A DNA stretch of 64,000 bases from an uncultured Gammaproteobacteria bacterium (GTDB taxonomy: Bacteria > Patescibacteriota > Patescibacteriia > UBA11705), in contig CAZQEI010000003.1 in assembly GCA_964592195.1 (NCBI GenBank), positions 20,174 to 84,173 of the forward strand, in the 5' to 3' direction. The notes below the pieces were generated by a model. The model was not told the origin of the DNA, ran no database searches, and saw only the letters and a list, made by a program, of their open reading frames with translations. The position numbers and the translations under genes are program-made. Positions 59,237 through 64,000 of this stretch are shown here, one piece after another; position 1 is the stretch's first letter, and each line of letters opens with the position of its first letter.

Positions 59237-60802
59237 TTAAAAAGTAATTTCACGCACCACTAACTGTTCACCCTCTCTCGCAACCACATAATAAATCCCA
59301 TTTTCTTCCACCACTTTCAGAATATAATCAAACTCATATTTCGATTTCACGCCGTCAATATATAAAGATGTTCTACTTCTTGTTCTGTCATCAATCCAAC
59401 TGGACTGACCATGAAACAATACATCATTAACAATATCAAAATAGGTAAAGTGTGGACCTCTCTTAGTCTCTCCCAAGGAAACTTTTTCATTATCAATCAC
59501 TAAGAACGGTTCAAAGCGACCTTCGTCAATGTAAAATACTTGCCCTGTTTTTCCCAAGACAGTTTTTGGTTTTTGGGTGCTTAAAATTTTACTCAACGCC
59601 AATTTCTCACTTCTAATCGGTGTCCCCATGCCGATGGAAACAGAGTATCCCACCACAGTATTTTTACCATTGCGTTCCTGTCTTAATTCCTTTGTTTGGA
59701 TTAATTTACCAGCCGTAACTTGAATATCAGCTAATATTGTATCCTTATTATCAGGAATAACTGATATAGTGTCGGTAAGAACATCCGCAACAGTGATAGC
59801 TCTCCGACCATTTAAATCAGACGCAATCATATATATTTTCGAATCGACCACGCTAATTGAATTGACATCCTTAAGTCTATAAGCATTAATACACTTGGCT
59901 AAAGTTTCTTTGGTAACTAAATCAATAATCTCAAAAGTCCCGCCTTTATCAAAATCATAGTGCCACTTTGCCACCACCACTTTATCTTGGACAACAAACG
60001 GATGACTCATGTTGCCTGCTTTTAATTCCTGATTTGACAGGGAAATTTTATTATCTCCCCAGACTGCTACTTTTTCTGGAGATCCACTTTGGGTATAACC
60101 CGTATAAGCTAATTGATCTTTTATCACTTCCCATTTTTCCAAGGCTAAAAATTCTGTAGTTATTGGTCGATGATTCAAATCATAAATTTTTCCCACGCGA
60201 TGCGAGCTATCAATCTCCGTAGCCTCGCCTAAATATCGCAGTTCGTTTTTCTCATCCAATACAGGTAATAAAATCATTTTATCACTACCTTTGGATGGCA
60301 AACCAAGGCTTTCACCATTTTCATCGACAATTTCCTCTAGAACTTCACCCTGCTTATTTTCATATTTGAACCGAAAAGCAATCTTACCATTGTAAAAAAA
60401 CGGCTTTTTGAATCTCGGATCATAGCTAGTATTTAAATGTTGTTTATTTACCACTTTTCGATCAATGTCAATCAGATCAACCACACTATGTCGACCATTC
60501 GGATGCAAGCCGAAAAATAACTTCCCGCCAACCAGATGGGCATCATAGTCCCGTAAGTCATAAGGACTATAGCCGTCGAGATCAATCGTTGCTTCTCGAA
60601 TGAACTGAGGTTTTTCCGCTTCAGTTCCGCTGAAATTTTCCAATTCATGAAGCACCTCTGCCACATGTCTCGGATCGCGGGCACTAAGACCGGCGGCTTT
60701 CTGTCTAGCCACCATGTCACGCAACCGCTCAGACATCTCAGCGTAATTGAGTGAACGCTGTGTGTCTCGAGGATCAATGGTTAAATTTATATTTTCTCCC
60801 AT
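59237..60802 (-). CDS. Array B paralog
   Basis: LTIDP.D...LNYAEMSERLRDMV. Confidence 0.88.
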   Translation of the reverse strand: MGENINLTIDPRDTQRSLNYAEMSERLRDMVARQKAAGLSARDPRHVAEVLHELENFSGTEAEKPQFIREATIDLDGYSPYDLRDYDAHLVGGKLFFGLHPNGRHSVVDLIDIDRKVVNKQHLNTSYDPRFKKPFFYNGKIAFRFKYENKQGEVLEEIVDENGESLGLPSKGSDKMILLPVLDEKNELRYLGEATEIDSSHRVGKIYDLNHRPITTEFLALEKWEVIKDQLAYTGYTQSGSPEKVAVWGDNKISLSNQELKAGNMSHPFVVQDKVVVAKWHYDFDKGGTFEIIDLVTKETLAKCINAYRLKDVNSISVVDSKIYMIASDLNGRRAITVADVLTDTISVIPDNKDTILADIQVTAGKLIQTKELRQERNGKNTVVGYSVSIGMGTPIRSEKLALSKILSTQKPKTVLGKTGQVFYIDEGRFEPFLVIDNEKVSLGETKRGPHFTYFDIVNDVLFHGQSSWIDDRTRSRTSLYIDGVKSKYEFDYILKVVEENGIYYVVAREGEQLVVREITF

Positions 60803-60857
60803 ATTTAATCAATTGAAATATCTCCGCCTAAGGCGCCTGCCTGCCGGCAGGCAGGGA

Positions 60858-62351
60858 TCAGCCTCCGGCTGAAAATGTGCCGAAATATCCGTTTCTTTTA
60901 CCCAACATTAAATATTTCCCATCTTGAAAAACCACACTTTTTATATCATCGCAAAAATACTGAGTTCTCACACCATCCACATACAAATAGCAATCTTTTT
61001 CACCATTCAAAGTCTCACCCCAGATTACGTGGTTATTTAGCGTTAAGAAAAAAGAAACTTCCCCATCCGGCAATAACCGAGGTTCATTATCCACCCACAA
61101 AGTATTTTTCGATTCATTATTGGTTAAATAAAATATTTGACCGGTAGCACCTAAAACAGTAATTGGATTATCCACAGAATAAATACACTCATCCCCAATA
61201 AAATTTCTAGCTGCCATCCGAGACTTCCCTCCAATGCTGACTTTAGCTGTATCCCTATCAGGACCAAACCAATCTTGTTGAACCACCACTAATTTACCCG
61301 CCACGACATCAAAGTAATCAATGCTTGACTCGCTACATTCAAAATCCAACTTGGAAATATTACTACCATCATAACAATATATCATTGGCTGATCACCACG
61401 ACCATCAGCGCCAGCTCCTGCCCAAATATAAATTTTGTCACCATACACAACCGTCTTTCTAATTTCAGTTATTTTTGGTAACTGTAACGCGATATTATCA
61501 CTCAAAACTTTCTCAGATCGCATGTTAACCAAAGCAATCCCAGTGGCATTATTATCTGGGTTAAAAAAACTACGACAAACCACGGGTTGACTTTGATAAT
61601 AAAAGGGTAAACCAAATTTATAATATTTAACATCAGCCGTCACTTGAGAGTTTCCTAATCGCGCCACCCACAATTCTCCCCAGACACCATGATAAGCCAG
61701 GACTCCATCCACCAACTTGGCTTCTTTCACCATATCAACCGTACTTGAAGCTAGTTGCCCATCCAACTCCAAGACTTCCCCCGCATAGCCACCACCATTT
61801 GGTTGAACATCATTTTTAAAGACATATTTTATTACGCCATTTTCATCTTTTAAAAAATCCAAGAATCGATATCTTTCATCTGATTTTACCTCAGGTAATA
61901 TTTTATCACCGTTTTCATCAATCAAATAGCTACCACTTTTCCCACCAGCGACCACGCTATAACACACATGAAAATCATGCAAACCTACTGTTTCAAACGG
62001 TAATATACTATTTTCTTTGTTCAGTCTTTTTCCCTCAGCATCTAATAAAACATAGGATTTATCCACAAAACTTCTCCCAGAGATGAATAATTTACCCGCA
62101 ACAACCTTGGCTTTATTAAAAACAAAACCATCACTTTCAATTATATTTTTCATGGCTGGTCCTTGGGGAATTAAATAGTCCAATTTGGAAACCTCGTCCA
62201 ACAATTTTTTCACATATGCCGGATTATTTCGCCCTTTACCCTTATTTTCCGCCACTATTTCACGTAAACGCTCAGAAGTATCAACAAAACTTCCAGGTTC
62301 TTTTTCATCCTTCTTATCAAACGTTAAATTAAATTTTACACCTTCTCCCAT
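60858..62351 (-). CDS. Array B paralog; C-terminus replaced by an inserted palindromic element
   Basis: Divergent leader (SERLREIV); stop codon lies inside the repeat. Confidence 0.85.
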   Translation of the reverse strand: MGEGVKFNLTFDKKDEKEPGSFVDTSERLREIVAENKGKGRNNPAYVKKLLDEVSKLDYLIPQGPAMKNIIESDGFVFNKAKVVAGKLFISGRSFVDKSYVLLDAEGKRLNKENSILPFETVGLHDFHVCYSVVAGGKSGSYLIDENGDKILPEVKSDERYRFLDFLKDENGVIKYVFKNDVQPNGGGYAGEVLELDGQLASSTVDMVKEAKLVDGVLAYHGVWGELWVARLGNSQVTADVKYYKFGLPFYYQSQPVVCRSFFNPDNNATGIALVNMRSEKVLSDNIALQLPKITEIRKTVVYGDKIYIWAGAGADGRGDQPMIYCYDGSNISKLDFECSESSIDYFDVVAGKLVVVQQDWFGPDRDTAKVSIGGKSRMAARNFIGDECIYSVDNPITVLGATGQIFYLTNNESKNTLWVDNEPRLLPDGEVSFFLTLNNHVIWGETLNGEKDCYLYVDGVRTQYFCDDIKSVVFQDGKYLMLGKRNGYFGTFSAGG

Positions 62352-62356
62352 ATTAT

Positions 62357-63976
62357 TTATATTTTAATCTCACGCACGACCATATCCGTGCCATTTACTG
62401 CCACCACAAAATATTTACCTTCGTGAAAGACCACTTTGAGGATTTTATCATACACATATATAGATGGCGTTCCGTCTATCACCAAACGCGACTCTTCCTT
62501 TCTAAATTTGCCACTTCCCACTACTTTGTAATGATTCCAAAACAACACATCATTGGCAATATCAAACATCGTTATCTGTCCATTAAGCACTACATCACCT
62601 AACAAAATCGGGTCATCATCAACCATCAACCATACATTCCCCATATCAATACCAATATGAAATATTTGCCCCACCGACCCAAGCACTTCCTTGGGTTTAT
62701 CGGTGGCAAGAACTTTTGCTCCAATAATTTTATCAGACTGAAGTTCTGTCTTCCCGTCAATTTGGACACCATATCTGGGAGGTAAACCGCCATCCCGAGA
62801 ATACCGAATAAAATAGACCATCTCTCCGGCAATTTTTTGAATATCGGAAACCTCAGTCTTCTCATCTTTTAACATCAAATGATGACTTTTTTGGCCTTCG
62901 ATTATCAATACCATTTTTTGTCCATCTCTGGTCACATGTACATATACCTTATCATCCACTACTTCATATTTATGAATTTCCGTAATGGAAGATTTCTCAC
63001 TGTCATTGTCATGCAATACTTCACTGGTTTCAATATCTATTACTTGGGTATTCCCCATGTCAAAACTTTGATCAAAACCGGTTCTAATAAAACATTTTCT
63101 GCCGTTCCACAAAAAGACGCCACTGAAAACCAGTTGATCTAATTTATTCAATTCATCGGATGATGAATATTTGTGCGAACCGCAAACTACCTGTATATTT
63201 CCAGCCGTATCTTCCGATAGATAACTAAGTTGACCATCAACTATACGTGAAAAGGTGATATGCTGGTTACTATCAGTTACTGGGTTACCGTCAGGAGTAA
63301 ATAACTGACCATAATCTTTTCCGCCTTCAGAAACTAACGAGGTCCCGCAACAAACCAAATTTCTTTTATCATCGAGAACTTTCAATAGCACTTTAAAGTC
63401 ATCATTACTATTTGGCAATCCGACGTCTTTACCTTTTTCATTTACAAACAGACTAGCAACACCATCGTGTTTATCGACATAACCAAACTGAAAAATTAAT
63501 TGATTTTTATAATAAAATGGTCGCCTGCCAAATCCGAAGCCAACACTATGGCATGGATATTTATTAATACTCTCACCGGAAATGTTTTTTAGAGTATGTT
63601 CGTTCATGCCTGTATCACGCAAATCAAAAAACAGTTTTCCATCCATAAATTCAACGCAAGATTCATTGATACCACTGACCTCATAATCTGAAATATCAAA
63701 AGTTGAGTCTCGAATTATATTATCCTCTGCCCCAGATTCCAAACATTCAGCGGTTCGATTGACCAATAACAAAGCCAGACTAACATCTTCAGGCGTAAAT
63801 CTACCCTTGGATTTTATTTGCAGTGATAGCTCATGCAATTGCTCGAAGTTGTCAACTAAACTTCGTCCGGTTTCACGATCGCCTGCCATTAACTTTCCAG
63901 AGGCACTATTAAAACTACCGGCAGATTTTTGATCCTCGTTTCCTGATGCTAAATTAAACTGACCGCCTTCTCCCAT
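62357..63976 (-). CDS. Array B paralog with a divergent, extended leader
   Basis: Body motifs YDKILKVV..VVREIKI. Confidence 0.85.
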   Translation of the reverse strand: MGEGGQFNLASGNEDQKSAGSFNSASGKLMAGDRETGRSLVDNFEQLHELSLQIKSKGRFTPEDVSLALLLVNRTAECLESGAEDNIIRDSTFDISDYEVSGINESCVEFMDGKLFFDLRDTGMNEHTLKNISGESINKYPCHSVGFGFGRRPFYYKNQLIFQFGYVDKHDGVASLFVNEKGKDVGLPNSNDDFKVLLKVLDDKRNLVCCGTSLVSEGGKDYGQLFTPDGNPVTDSNQHITFSRIVDGQLSYLSEDTAGNIQVVCGSHKYSSSDELNKLDQLVFSGVFLWNGRKCFIRTGFDQSFDMGNTQVIDIETSEVLHDNDSEKSSITEIHKYEVVDDKVYVHVTRDGQKMVLIIEGQKSHHLMLKDEKTEVSDIQKIAGEMVYFIRYSRDGGLPPRYGVQIDGKTELQSDKIIGAKVLATDKPKEVLGSVGQIFHIGIDMGNVWLMVDDDPILLGDVVLNGQITMFDIANDVLFWNHYKVVGSGKFRKEESRLVIDGTPSIYVYDKILKVVFHEGKYFVVAVNGTDMVVREIKI

Positions 63977-63981
63977 ATTTA

Positions 63982-64000
63982 TTAAACTTTAATTTCCTTC
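63982..64000 (-). CDS. 3' end of a further array B paralog (partial)
   Basis: Reads ...KEIKV-stop just before the next ATG, matching the EIKI family terminus. Confidence 0.6.

Noticed and set aside
48261-64000. Integron cassette array or prophage
   Set aside because: Gaps of a few nt leave no room for attC sites; no integrase or phage structural genes
1-64000. tRNA or rRNA genes
   Set aside because: No cloverleaf with a T-loop or rRNA-like segment recognised by eye; a covariance-model scan would be needed to exclude them fully

Overview
Low-GC (about 35% by eye), gene-dense bacterial chromosome segment. It is most consistent with Patescibacteria/CPR (Parcubacteria-like); this is inferred from gene content, not tested. 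Most genes lie on the minus strand and lack Shine-Dalgarno (SD) sites: tspO, a RAYT transposase, murJ, ackA-pduL, a PfkB kinase, glyQS, frr, holB, mreB, a Dus enzyme, an hrcA(CIRCE)-grpE-hsp20-dnaK-dnaJ heat-shock cluster and a glycosyltransferase/O-antigen-ligase locus. Three unusual layers stand out. (1) Two tandem arrays of highly divergent paralogs (4 x ~325 aa at 37.9-41.8 kb; at least 11 x ~520 aa from 48.3 kb past the window end). Their bodies are unrelated, but both carry a related N-terminal leader, LTL..YAE.S.RL.E.V, that is homogenised at the DNA level within each array. (2) A distinct class of stand-alone, mostly counter-oriented transcription units with consensus sigma70 promoters, a boxA-like motif, strong SD sites and terminators. 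It includes two ~65% GC genes, one of which is a tandem homolog of an adjacent ~45% GC gene. (3) Many short palindromic or tandem intergenic elements, some inserted into genes or into each other, including a repeat family that flanks a GxxExxY nuclease gene in inverted orientation. No rRNA, tRNA, CRISPR array or prophage was recognised.
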